Of a stretch of 64,000 nt of DNA, positions 1 through 12,153 are shown piece by piece. A program made the translations under genes and the position numbers. The stretch comes from Podarcis filfolensis. Lineage: Eukaryota. The stretch lies in assembly GCA_964270895.1 (NCBI GenBank), contig OZ185442.1; one strand, written 5' to 3'. The first letter of the stretch is position 1; the number at the start of each line of letters is the position of its first letter. The notes beneath the pieces are model-generated. The model was not told where the DNA came from. It did not search any database and was given only the letters and a program-made list of their open reading frames with translations.

Positions 1-665
1 TCCCCCAGAGTCTTCCTGCCTGCCCATCCAGCTCTGTGCTTGCTTACCTCCCTGCTCTCCTGCCCACCTTCTGCCTATTAGCTTGTGAAATCCATAGATT
101 TTAAAAAGCATGTATGGATTTTCCATTTCTTTTGCATGTCAGGCAGGAGATTGCACGCTCATTTTGCAGGCGCCAAGTAGAACTGCACAAAAGCCCGGAC
201 AACAGCTATTGTTGTTGTGAGGGAAAATGGCTCCTATCAGTCTTCAATCAACTTCAACTGATCCCTTTGAAATCTTTGATTGCGGCAAGGCGAGCAGGAT
301 AATGGAGCCAGGAATTAGGGGCTGAAATCATGAGATGAGCCCGACGTTACAAATACTTGTTCCTACCTGAAAATGCCAAAAAGGTACACAGTCAGGTCAC
401 CTGAGTCCATCAGGTTCTGTCCTGGTCTCTGTTTTGAAAACACCATGTTTGCCCCAGAGATTTTTGGGGAAAGGTGTGTGTTGCTCTCCCATGAAAACAG
501 AAGCTCATGGTGCTGGTGTGTCCTGGGGGAAGAGAGGATGGATGCTGATTATACCATGTGGTCTAGAGGGCAGGAAGGGTAACCTGCACACTCAAAATCT
601 GCCCTCCCCTCCCTTCCCCAAAAAACATAAAGGAAGAGAAGGGGAGCAAGTCTAGGAGTGGCTAG

Positions 666-800
666 GAGAACAGAAGAACCACCTGTGGGATCTGGGCAAT
701 GGTCCTTCTAGTCCAGCATCCCGTGCTCACAATGGCCAACCGGGTGCCCCTTAAGGGAAACCAACAAGCAGGACCTGAGCACAAGCACTCTTCCATTCTG
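666..800 (-). mobile_element. CR1 LINE 3' UTR fragment
   Basis: Motif ctagtccagcatcc...acaatggccaacc, the reverse complement of the CR1 3' end seen on + at 15160-15215 and 16140-16190. Boundaries approximate. Confidence 0.6.
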
Positions 801-1314
801 TAGTTTCTGTGGGTGACTTGTGAAAGTTTGTTGGTAGTTCACCACACCTCAAGCAGTGTGATGTATTGGCAGAATATGCGGAACCCCGGCAGAATCTTCC
901 AGAGATGTCCTGCTCCCAGCAGAACAGCAGGAAAACTCTTCTCCCATGCAGTTTATTGCCTCCAGACACAAGATACAGTGGTAGAAAATAGAATGTGGGG
1001 TGAGCGGTGGGGGTGCGGATGGAGAGAAGAATAGACTAAGAGACATTGTATGCTGCATGATGGCTGCAGTGACCTTCTGTGAAGTCATGGAACAAGGGAG
1101 GGCATTAAAGAGCAATGCTGAGATGATTTCTCCATCTCACTTGACATGGAAAGAGATGCCTTTGTCCATTTTTTGCTCTCAGTATGTCCAGGCAAGACCA
1201 GATGCCCCAGCAAGGCTGTTGCAGCAGCCCCTCGCTGCCTGCATGTTAAGGGGCCAGTGACACACCCATAAAGAGGACAGATTTCTGCAAGGCCAGAGGT
1301 AAGAAGACCTATAG

Positions 1315-1531
1315 CAGGCATGTTCAACAGGTAGATCATTATCACTGGATGTCTGTGGTAGATCACTGGTAGTTCACTGTCTCCCCCCAAAGAAGCTCAA
1401 CATGTTTGGCTCTCCTAAAAAAGCCTTCCCCCTTCCTAAAAAAAGCTCAGCAACTTTGATCTGAACCCCAAAAGGGGGGTAGATCACTGCCACTGAGTAG
1501 ATCACAGTCTCTTGGGAGTTGGCCACCCCTG
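1315..1531. mobile_element. hAT-type MITE
   Basis: Ends CAGG...CCTG; exact 8-bp TSD acctatag at 1307-1314 and 1532-1539. Confidence 0.9.
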
Positions 1532-2009
1532 ACCTATAGGATAGGGCCAGGAGGGCAACAAAAGGGCTCAGCTCCGAAGGGCTCCAATTACATTTTATGG
1601 GGTAAGGAGAAACAGTCAGCAGGACTGTTTGGAGCGGGCTGAAACTTGCTCCCAGGAGACAAGGGTTTCTAGGAGGGTCCAGGGAGATCACCAAAGAGGT
1701 TTGTCCTGCCACTATTCACTTATAACATAAGTGAGGAGCAATGTGCCTCTGAATTGGGGGGCTTACCCATTCCCATCCCTGAGATTGTGAGCACCAACGT
1801 GGGGGCTCCCCCACTTTCTCTCTGCCCTGTTTTAACATCCTGGTAGGCATTTTGCCAATGAATATAAATAAAAATGTTTCCCAGCTCAACTGTGGTGCAC
1901 TCAGAGAGAGCAAGACCTGTGCAGATTCTTTGATCATAAGAGAAACCTGTTCGGTGCCTGCTGCAGGATTCAGTTCCACTACCACCAACTGATGACTGTC
2001 TGCCCTCTA

Positions 2010-2230
2010 CTTAACCACCTCTAGTGAAAAAGAGCCCACCATCTCTCCACCCCTCAAGACAGAATCTGTTCCAATGTCAAGCCACTCTTAACTGTCAGGA
2101 CCTTTCTCTGAATGGTTAGCCAAAATCTGCTTCCCTGTAATCTCTACCCATTGGATTGAAGGCAGCCCTTCAAATACTTGAGGACTGCAACAATGTCCCC
2201 CTTTAAACCCCCATTCTCTAGGCTAAACCT
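2010..2230 (-). mobile_element. CR1 LINE 3' fragment (old)
   Basis: gccactcttaactgtcaggacc and cccttcaaatacttgagg match the reverse complement of CR1 ORF2 C-terminal/3' sequence. Boundaries approximate. Confidence 0.6.
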
Positions 2231-2759
2231 ACTTAGCTCTTTCATATTCTTAGCGGATGAAAACTCTAGCAAGCCACCCATTTCTGCTCAGGTCATCTTC
2301 CCTCCTCTGCAGCATAGGAAGTCTCTTGGTCCATCTGTCTTAGTACTGTCCACACGTCTGCTTGTCCCATGCCTAGAAAGCACAGGTCTGAGTGTTTTTC
2401 CCACTTTTCCTGTGAGACAAGAGAGAAAATCTTCCGTTTAGTGCTAAATCAGAGCAAATGTAACCCATAGAAAACCCGATTGATGTTTGCTGATTCAGCA
2501 CTAAAGAACAGATTTTCCAGGGGGGAAATGGTGGGGCAAGTGAAAGTCTGGATGAGCCCTGACTGGCAGTGGCTCTCTGTGCTTTCAGGCAGGATTCTCT
2601 CCCAGCCCTGCCTGTAGATGTTGGGGATTGAACAGGGGATCTTTTGAATGTAAACTACAGCCCTTCCCAAAAGTTCCGAAATGTCCAAGTGTGGATCCCC
2701 TCCACCCTTTCCCAGTTGGCAACAGCAAATCCCCCTCCCCCCCTGCAGAGACAAGCCCT

Positions 2760-3260
2760 GGTGCAATCAAGAGTCCTGCTCTAAAACCTCCTTTAATTGA
2801 GTTTATTTACATATGTTACACAACTCCCAGCTCCCCTGAAGGTGACAGTGAGGGGAGCTGCCTGCCTCTTGTGCAAGTTTGTCAGGGGGAGAGGAAGACT
2901 TGGGGGAGTGCAATTAGCCAACAGTTTGAGACTGATGAAGTGGATAATGAGAGACGTGGTAGTGGTATATTTTTGTACCTCTTCTTGGAAAAAAAAAAGA
3001 AAGGAAGGAAGGAAAAAGGAAAGGAAATAAGTGCATGTGAAATGAATCGGCCTCCAGCTGTCGCTGCAGTGCTGTCAGCCACCGAGACCTCACTTGCAGA
3101 GGTAAAGGTTAGGGGTGTCAACGCTTGACAGAGAAATAGGCGGCCTCATTCCTAATAACAGGGGGTTGTTAAAGGGAAACTTGCCACTCTCAGAAGCAGC
3201 AGAAAGAGGAGGAGGACCTCAGCTTGTTTTCCTGATTGAGATGAAAAGCCTCATTGGCTT
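2760..3260. promoter_or_regulatory. Candidate enhancer / conserved non-coding block
   Basis: No repeat recognised; five TGACA cores, three of them full TGACAG/CTGTCA sites (2843, 3072, 3126). Conservation untested. Confidence 0.35.
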
Positions 3261-3399
3261 TTGGCAAAAGCCACTATGGATCCCTCCTAGGCTCACAATG
3301 TTCCAGTTTCCTACCTGCCAGAGGGTTTCGTAAGAGGGTGTTGGGCTGCTGTGGTGTGTGATATGTAGCTGCTGTCACAGATAGCCCCCCTGCCATTCC

Positions 3400-3560
3400 A
3401 TTTTGGCTATCAATGCATAGGTTTTGACCTATAAAACCTTAAATGGCTCAGGACCTTTCCATATGAACCTACCCAGACCCTGAGATCATCTTCTGAGGCC
3501 CTCCTTCATGTGCCTCCTCTTTGAGAAGTCCAGAGGGTGGCAGCACGAGAATGGCAAGGG
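3400..3560 (+). mobile_element. L2 LINE 3' fragment
   Basis: gacctataaaaccttaaatggc...ccatatgaacctacccagacccctgagatcatcttctgaggccctcc resembles the squamate L2 ORF2 end. Confidence 0.65.
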
Positions 3561-3793
3561 ATGGACCACACCCACTGCACCCCCCTTTCTCTGCCAGTGG
3601 GCGATCTCGCAGGTAAACTGGTCACAAGTTGTTAAGGGGTTTGTCTACTAATGGTAGCATCTTGAACATGTTTGGGTAGCAGATCAGCAACCAGTGCGGA
3701 TCTCTGAGCAAAGGTGTTATATGCTGGCAAGGCCTCACTCCTGTCAGCAATATGCTGCAGCATCCTGCACTAACTGCAGCATAAACAGAGACC

Positions 3794-3951
3794 CAGTGGC
3801 GTAGCGTGGGTTGTCAGCACCCGGGGCAAGGCAAGTAATTTGCGCCCCCTAACCCGTGGATTTGCGCCCCCTAACCCATGGATTTGCCCTAACCCCAGAT
3901 GTTGCGCCCGGTGCGGCCCGCCCCCCCTGCACCCCCCACGCTACGCCACTG
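3794..3951. mobile_element. hAT-type MITE, young
   Basis: Perfect 17-bp TIRs cagtggcgtagcgtggg / cccacgctacgccactg; exact 8-bp TSD cagagacc (3786-3793, 3952-3959); CpG-rich; internal 22-bp tandem repeat. Confidence 0.95.
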
Positions 3952-4634
3952 CAGAGACCTGCAGCACGGGGCAATCAAGTCTGCATGCCCCATCTTAATT
4001 TTGAGTCTGCAGGATTTATGGCTACTGAATCAATTCGTTTCTTCTTCTTCTTACTCTGTGGTTGTTCCTAGTAAAAGAGGTTTAAGGAGGTGGAGGGGGG
4101 AGGAGTGTCTCAGTGAGGATTGCAGACTCTCATCTGTAGAATCCAGCTCTACCCTGTGGCCTCTGGCCAAGCCCAGGCGACAGTGAATAACTCAGTGGGC
4201 AACTGAGCCAGCAGATGGGAGGAGGAGGATTGTGCTTTGAAGCCTCCTTGATCTCAAGAAGTCCAGCATCCTTTTCATGGTTAAAAGCCTCTTGACCTCT
4301 CCTAACATCCAGCATCCTTAACATACCCCTTTGCTCATTTAATGAGAGCCAGTTCCTTGCAGGGAACCCAACTCCCACATTATTTCAGTTTTAAACAAGA
4401 ACGAGAAAGTGGAGACTTTGGAACACACTGCAAAAAGAAACATCTCCGGCGGTCCCCTTAGAAAGAGCTGGATGGATCTCCATGACCCCAAAAGACAAAG
4501 CCCTCAAAAGAACTGCCAGGAAAGAGGAACTCCGGGTAGTGCCTGGGAAGGTTATGGGTCCACAGTTTTATCTCCTGAATTTCTGTGTATGATGGATCAT
4601 GGTCTTTTTTGGAATCTGGGGTGACCCCTACAAG

Positions 4635-4750
4635 CAGTGCTCCCCCCCCAGGGGGTACTCAAGGATACGCAGTACCAGCATCTATTTTTGTGGTTGTTAA
4701 AAAGTGTGGCATTAGTACCGGCACCTACTTTTTCTAGGAAAAAAGCACTG
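4635..4750. mobile_element. hAT-type MITE
   Basis: Ends cagtgct...agcactg; exact 8-bp TSD cctacaag (4627-4634, 4751-4758). Confidence 0.9.
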
Positions 4751-5380
4751 CCTACAAGGACTGCATTTTAAACTTACCCCTTTTCAAAAATAGCAAACAC
4801 AGATATGAGATGCTCATGGCAGCTACAAAGCCTGGCTCCCACTGGGTGGATGAGAATTTGGGTGACAAGAGCCCTGGTGTGATGGCCTGCAATGATGTGT
4901 GTTGCCTCCAGGAGATTGTGCAGAAAACAGAAGCTCCCCAGCAGTTGCAGGCAGCCAGACAGAGCCCTTATATTGTTTGTGGGCTGGTACAGTTGGTTGA
5001 ATGTAGCCCTCGCATGCGTAAGGTGTTTGAAAGTTGGGATAGAGGGCACCTGCTGGTGGCAAAAAAGTATTTTCTAGCAACTTCGACTGAGGGCTTAACA
5101 ACACTTACCTTTTGCCCAGTGCTTTCCAGGCACAAGTCCGCACTTTAAACTTCTGTGCTCTTTCACCCCCCCCAGAGCTTTCCTTGCGAAAGCCCACTCT
5201 TTAAATCTGAAGTTCAACAAATGGCAATTTGGGTTTTCAGAGCTGTTTGCTCTGATTCAGTGGCAAAGAGCAGGTATTTATGGGGAAAGCCCTGGAGGAA
5301 AAAAGGAAAGGGCATTTGACATGGAGCATTAAAGTGCAGACCATGCCTAGAAAGCATGGAGGAAAGGTAAGTATGGATAA

Positions 5381-5720
5381 AGGTAAAGGGACCCCTGACC
5401 ATTAGGTCCAGTCGTGACCAACTCTGGGGTTGCAGCGCTCATCTCGCTTTATTGGCCGAGGGAGCCAGCGTACAGCTTCTGGGTCATTTGGCCAGAATGA
5501 CTAAGCCGCTTCTGGCGAACCAGAGCAGCACATGGAAGCCGTTTACCTTCCCGCTGGAGCGGTACCTATTTATCTACTTGCGCTTTGACGTGCTTTCAAA
5601 CTGCTAGGTTGGCAGGAGCAGGGACCGAGCAACGGGAGCTCACCCGAACGGGATTCGAACCGCCAACCTTCTGATAGGCAAGTCCTAGGCTCTGTGGTTT
5701 AACCCACAGTGCCACCCGCA
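5381..5720 (-). mobile_element. Sauria SINE (Squam1), near full length
   Basis: Matches five other copies in the window; tRNA-derived head with B-box-like GGTTCGAATCC on the minus strand; CCTTTA-type tail; TSD tatggataa (5372-5380, 5721-5729). Confidence 0.95.
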
Positions 5721-7299
5721 TATGGATAAGCCTGTAATTACTGAACGATTATCTAACACAAGAGTGTCTGCTTAGGTGACACATTGCCCCCATGAAGCAT
5801 CCAGAGAATGCCCATGTGGTCTGCAAGGCAGTGGGGACAGGGCACTGCCCACAGCCCACCCATGAGGGAGGGTAAAGCAGACACCCTAGGTGGCAAAAGC
5901 CTGTAGGCACCCTGCCCTGTGGGTGCTCTGCCCACTCTGCCAATGCAGCCGGAAAAATGGTGCTGGAAGAGGAGCCAATTTCTGGAAAATCTTGCGAGAT
6001 CCCACAAATCTCATGAGATTGTACCTGCTGGAAATCACACTGTTTTTCTGTCAGTGGTGGAGGCGGCATGGCAGCACTTCACATTTTGCCACTAGTGGTG
6101 AAAGGGGATGTGCGGACTCTGAGTAGGAAGCACCTTCAGACAAACTAGCTCTGCTTGTGACCAGAAGAATTAAAATAAGCCTCTCATGTTCTTCCTTGGG
6201 GGACTAACTTAAACATCCTAGCAATATACACATACACTATAAGTATTTGCCTCCCTCTGACTTACTGAGTTGCATTTAACAGTACTAATAAGACGATAAC
6301 TTGCCTAATAGTCTAAACAAGCATTCATTAAGCCTTAAGAAAAGGTCATTTAGGTTTCTGAGGTCTAAAAAACAACTAGAGATGTTGCAATTGGATATAT
6401 TTAGTTATATCATCTGTTTTGTAAGTTGATCTCTTTCAGATTTTGCTCCTCCGAAGCTCCTCATTGCCTCCTATGAATGACAGGTGCCACACCATGCTTC
6501 GCTGGACATCTTTGGGGCATCTTCCACTGCAGTATCAGGGCCAGAACATGAAGGACTTGGGTTCAACCACATCCTCCTTTCAGGAGAGACCAGAATCTGC
6601 CCTGAGATGAAAAAGAGGGGGGTGGGGGACCCTTGCCACTTCACCCGGCAACAATAACATAAACTTACAAATAAAATAAGCTTATTTGTAGGCCAAATAA
6701 ACCAACTGGAGATTTAAATGTGGTGCTGCCCTTTTGCAAGTGATACAATGTCTGCATGGGGGAGAAAAAGATGCTGATTTGCTGGGAAAGAACCTCACAT
6801 TCTCTTCTGCTATTACCCATAGGAAACGCCACGCAGATGGAGAAGAGATTGGCAGTGCCCTTAAGGAAAGTGACAAGTGAACAGATTGGCATTTTTCTTT
6901 TCATATACACATGCACCATGGTTCTTTTCTTCTTTTTCTTTTTTCAAAAAGAGGAGCCTGGCTTTCTCAGAGTCTCTGACCTTCTCCCATATTTGCAGCC
7001 AGGAAAGCATTTCTGGGCCCTGCAGGCAACAGAAGTTTAACATCAAGCTCTCCTGCCCTGTGCCCACTCTCTGGCTGTGGCACAGGCTGGTGTGTGTGTG
7101 TGTGGTTTGGGAGGAGGGGCTGGGTGTGTTGCTGACCCCATCTTTGGACAAAAGTCTGGACCCAGGGGGGCCTTACTCAAGGAATGCTTCTTATTTGAGG
7201 TTCCCCATTGCAGACAGGGGCTTGCACACCCTCCAGTGAGAATAATTAAAAAGTGTGCACTTTTGATCGGAGCCTCAAGGAACCTGGGAGAAGAGATAC

Positions 7300-7560
7300 A
7301 AAAAATAATAATAAATTGCATGTATTATTTCTCAGCTGTGCATCTCGTGCGCGGAGTCCAAAGGTCAGCGCTTCTGTATCTCCCTGGCTGCCGCGGCTGC
7401 CGCTGGGATGTCGGCTAATCACTCTTTAAGCAGCGTTCATTGCGGATGGCAAAGAGCTTCGGTGGCAAAGCTCATTCCCCAGCTGAGGTTGCACAGCCAG
7501 GTTAATAACACCTTATTTAGCAGAAAATTCCACTTCAGTGGAGCATGTTGGAGAGGAGCT
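7300..7560. promoter_or_regulatory. Candidate enhancer with HNF4-type DR1 site
   Basis: AGTCCAAAGGTCA at 7355-7367 inside a patch with about 11 CpGs in 140 bp. Confidence 0.45.
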
Positions 7561-8479
7561 TTGATTTCAATAAGGATGGATATCAGTTCTGCAAGGCAGA
7601 GTGACAAAAACGGCAGGACAATGAAACATTTGGAGCTCGGTCATGGTCTGCATGCTAAGTCGCAAACTCGCCAGTGGGTTTGCCATCATCTGGAGTGGGG
7701 TGGGGAGGATGGGTTGTGCTGGGAAAGGGTCGTTTTAAGAACTGCATCCCCTCCCACCCCCCCGTACTGCATGCCACGGATTTAAAGACTGAATCCTAAA
7801 CATCTAGTAGCACTTCAGGATCCAGATGGAGATCAATCCTATTTGAATTTGTGTATGCGTGAAATTTTGCATGAAATCTAGACAAGAGAAGGTGCTCAGA
7901 ACTTGATGCTGATTTCAAGGGGGAATTCTCCTCGTGCTGGTTTCGGGGGTCAAAAGCTTGCCGTGAAATCTGCATTTCACTTCTAAAAGGACCCATGTGA
8001 TGTTTTCCTTGCCCTCCCATCTCTGGCTGATTGAGATTATTACATATGTGCAGAGGTTCCCTTCGGCTTCCCCTGGAGTGGTTTCACCACCCCATAATTC
8101 AAGGCAGGATGTGTGCAGAATAAAAAAAGCCAACACATCACACAGCCTTATGCATACATTGCCCTGGGGGAATGTGAGGGGAAAAAAAAGGAATTTAATC
8201 CACATTCCTCAAATGCACAATGAAAGAGAGATGATAAAAAAAGGCCAGCAGGTTGTATAGATATGATTTGAGTGAAAATCTTGCTTTCCCCACCCGAGTA
8301 CTTCATGGAGCAATGAGATGAGTTATCCCAGCATGTGCCTGATAAACCAGAGAGCCAGTAACCTGTCTTTATTGGCACCTGGGTCCATGAAGCCCAAGTC
8401 CCTACCTGCGTAGATGGTGATCTCACAGCCAGGACTTGGATTCCAAAGAACAAATAGTGGGGACAAGAGACATAGTTAT

Positions 8480-8710
8480 AGGCCTCACTGACGGATTTAA
8501 AACTGACAAATCAGGTCTGGATGGCAACCACCTGAGAGTATTTAAGGAGCTCAAATGTGAAACTGATGATCTTTTAAGAATAAGGTATAACTTGCCCCTG
8601 AGATCGAATTCCATCCCAGAGGAGTGGAAAGAGACCAGCATCACACCAGTTTTAAAGAAGGGAACTAGGGGAGATATAGGGAAGTGACAGTCTAGTTGGA
8701 TTCCAGGAAA
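8480..8710 (+). mobile_element. CR1 LINE ORF2 internal fragment (RT N-terminus)
   Basis: Translation KSGLDGNHLRVFKELKCE...IPEEWKETSITPVLKKGTRGD resembles CR1 KSPGPDGIHPRVLKEL...PEDW..A.VTPIFKKG. Confidence 0.85.
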
Positions 8711-10924
8711 GAGTGCAGCCAAGGAACAACATGCACATGGGAGGCAGGCAGAGCCAGCTTCACTGGAGGCACTTTGAACCATCCACTTATTGATACCTAC
8801 ATCTCAGGGAAAATCAGCCACCCAGGCCTTTCAAGGTGTTCTCCCTGCAGCTTATAGGCGTTTACATCATGCATCCAGACTGTGGCCCTGCAATGCACAA
8901 CAGAGTAGAGTCCATGAACCTGGCCTGCCAATGTGGAGGTTCATGGCTAAGAGGTTTCCAATTTCTGCACAGCACCTGCTTACTTTGTTTATCCTCTGTG
9001 GGAGATACTGCAGCCACCTGATGAGGGAGGAGAGGCTGTCTGGCCAGGATCCTGTTTTGAATAGTGCAGTTATGTGGGGAGATGTGGGAGCCATTTGCAG
9101 TGGCCATACTTTGAGACACAGTCTCCTGGCCTATGTGTAATAATCATTGTCCTTGTGTTACTACTTGCAGGAGTGAAGTTCCTGAGGGATGTTTGTGCCT
9201 GGGATCCTGAGGTGAGAGTCTTGATAAATGCTCTTTTTATATTTGTTCCAAACTTGGAACCAAGGTCTGTGGGAATTTAAGGACCTGACCAGATCCTCCT
9301 ACACCTCATTGTGACATGCCCTCTCTTTCGTCCACTTCATGCCCCTAGCTTTGTGATGGCAGTGGAGTTACATTGGTGTTGTCCTGGCAATATTCTGGCA
9401 CAGAATCTCCTGCCAGTGCAGGATGCTAGTACCCTGAGACTCCCCCAGCTGATGGAAGAGGCTGTAAAATTCTTAATCAATAAAACGTGATTGTTTCATG
9501 GCCAGTAAGTGTCTGTAGTAATATTAGGGGATTTTATTATAGCAACATTTTATAAAATCTGATTCTGTCTGTATGTGGTGCAGTTCTAACAACAACTAAA
9601 TAAATGCTTTGCGTGTGGTATCAAGGAGATTTTTTTAATGTCTTCTCAATATTCTATCCCCGACATCTATGTTCTTTTGATTTCTCATGATCTCTTTAGT
9701 ATTTTCATATCAAAGCAGGAAGTGGCATAAAGGTATTTCATTGTCCTCACCTGAAAATACTGATAGAATCAAAAGTGGCAGATATGGTGAGCCTGAACAG
9801 CAGGAGGAGATGCAGAAAACAATAAACTGGGAAAGTGTGAGATGAAGAAAGGGGATTAGAAAGGGGAAGAAATGCAGGGAACATCTGGGCACGGCTGTTT
9901 GGATTCCTTATGGAAAGAAGCACTTCTTTCTCATCACCCACCTCATGTATGAGATTAAAAATTCACTCTGATTCCCACCTTCCTATCTGTCTCCACTGTG
10001 GAATAGATTTGCCCTATAGTTAAAGGCACGGTTTGCTGCACACAATTTTCACAGGTTTGTTAAGGGATCTTTTATTTTGGAGATAAAAACGAACATAGCA
10101 AACACTGAATGAGAATCCAGCGTCCTTTTAAAGGCATTAAATGAGAAATGTCCCTTATTTATGACTCGCAACTCAATATTCATGCACTTGGGGGTTGTGT
10201 ACTGCATGTACTGCTGGAAACTCCAGCTGTACAGGAGGTCGCGCCCATCCAGGTTTGACTAGCCCCCAACCAATTCTTAAATCCAATTCTTAAATCCATT
10301 CTGCGCTTTCATTTTCTGTTTAGGCAGCTGTCTATGGTGCTGAATTTACTTTGCCTAATTCCTCCTCCTCCTCCTCCTTTCTACGTGTTTGTGTGTGCCA
10401 GCTCCTAGCCAAACGTGGAAGCACATCTAAGCTACCTTAAAAGGACAACACCAGGCATCGGTTGTCATGGTGGCACAATTGCAGTGGTTGTGCAGGACAG
10501 GAGGCAGTTGTTGGCACTTGAAGAAACTAAACACAAGGAACAAGAACTGGGAAAGAGGCAGGGAAGAAGGGGAAGTAAAGGCAATCTATTGGGGCAAAGC
10601 AGGTCTCAGCAACAAGAAGAGAAATGAATGCCAACAGCATATAATCAGTTGAATATTCAAAACTAAGGGCTTCCCAGGGGCAGGAAGATTAATCAAAAGG
10701 CCATTATGGGAGCCAATCAGCTCTACCCAAAGGAAGGGGGGCAGGCAAAAAGGATTCCTCTTTCTCATGTGCCTCCTAAGGAGACTGAGCATCTCTGGCT
10801 GAGAAGACTCTCAGGACTGCAAAAGCACCAGTGCCTTTTCTCTTCATTGTTGTTGAATTTATTTATTTTTGTTCTATAAGTGTATGACCAACTCATTTCC
10901 TCCCACCCATTAACCCCCTTCTGC

Positions 10925-11410
10925 CTGGTTCCCTCTTCCCATCTCCTTTCTTGTCATTTGAATCCATTGGTTTGGGTCCTACCTTCTGGAGCAGCAGAAA
11001 GCAAGCTTGCTCCATCTTTCTTGTGACAGTCCTTCAGATAAGTAAATATGGTGATCTTATCACATCTCAGTCTTCTATTCTCCAGGCTCAACATCTGCAA
11101 CTCCCTCAACAATTCCTTGTAAGGCTTGATTTACACAACCAGCACACCTTCCACCTTGTCAATATCCTTCTTAAACTGGACTTCAGGAGAGGCAGAATTA
11201 GAGTAGTACTATTGACTCCCTTGACCTGGACCCTATACCTCTGTTGTTGCGGCTAAGAATTACATGAGGGTTTTTTTGCTGCGGCATCACACTGTTCACT
11301 CATGTTAAGCTTGTGGTCTCGTAAGATGCCTAGAAACTTTCCACATGCTGTAATGGCTCTTAGCGAATCATACTGCAAGGCTGATAGCTGATCAGAATCC
11401 AGGAGACCTT
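10925..11410 (-). mobile_element. CR1 LINE ORF2 C-terminal fragment
   Basis: Minus-strand translation LGILRDHKLNMSEQCDAAAKK resembles CR1 LGV.VD.KLNMSQQC..AAKKAN; followed by CR1 3' sequence. Confidence 0.8.
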
Positions 11411-11912
11411 TGGGAGAGAAAACACAGGGCAAAAACTCCATATTGTGAGTCTGTAGTGGAATGCGGGGTGAGGGGAGATATTTTCTTCAGTGTTGTTGTG
11501 TATCCAGCGAAGGCGAAAGGAAGCAGGAGGCTTCTGTCTTCAGAGGGCTTTGCTATTGACAATAATCAACAATCAGACATTTAGTTGGCAAATGAGGATA
11601 ATTCAGTTGCATTGATTTCTTGCCACAAATAATTTCTTTTTTCCTTCGTGCCAAGAGACAATTCATTGGAGTGGTTGAGGGCGGGGGAGAAAACAAAACT
11701 GGCTGAGGGCTTGAGATGGGATGATGTCATGTTACTTTCAAAATGGAAGGATGAACTCAGAAATAGTGAGGTGGTGGTGGGGCAAATACACACAGCTCTG
11801 GCTGGTTGATATACGAGGATTTTACTCCTCAGCCTTCCTCTTTTATAGAGTCATAGGGCTGGACCAAGCAATCCTAAAAACATATTTTTGATGTTTTATT
11901 ATATTTCAATAT

Positions 11913-11974
11913 ATGCTGTAAACTGCCCACAGTGGCTGGGAAAACCCAGCCAGATTGACGGGGTATAAATAAAC

Positions 11975-12010
<36 letters not shown>
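11913..12010 (+). mobile_element. L2-type 3' tail with (TAA)n microsatellite
   Basis: tgtaaactgccca...ggggtataaataaa followed by (TAA)n at about 11976-12010. Confidence 0.6.
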
Positions 12011-12011
<1 letters not shown>

Positions 12012-12153
12012 TCTCCAACTATTTTGCAGTGGTGAGGATGTGACCCATTGTTGTTCTGCCTGAACAATGGATGCTGTATCCAAGAGGTCTGTTCAGCCTC
12101 AAAAGGAGGGGGAGACACACAGAAATATATTGATGTATAATTATATTAACTAA

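Noticed and set aside
2628-3128. 166-aa ORF
   Set aside because: Low-complexity P/S and K-rich stretches come from C-runs and an A/G-rich tract; no domain is recognisable.
4774-5148. Overlapping ORFs on both strands (112 aa plus, 91 aa minus)
   Set aside because: No recognisable family and no convincing paired splice sites on either strand; possibly an old TE.
5883-5896. CTCF-like motifs (also near 20190-20205)
   Set aside because: Partial matches only (about 11 of 14 positions); expected by chance in 64 kb.
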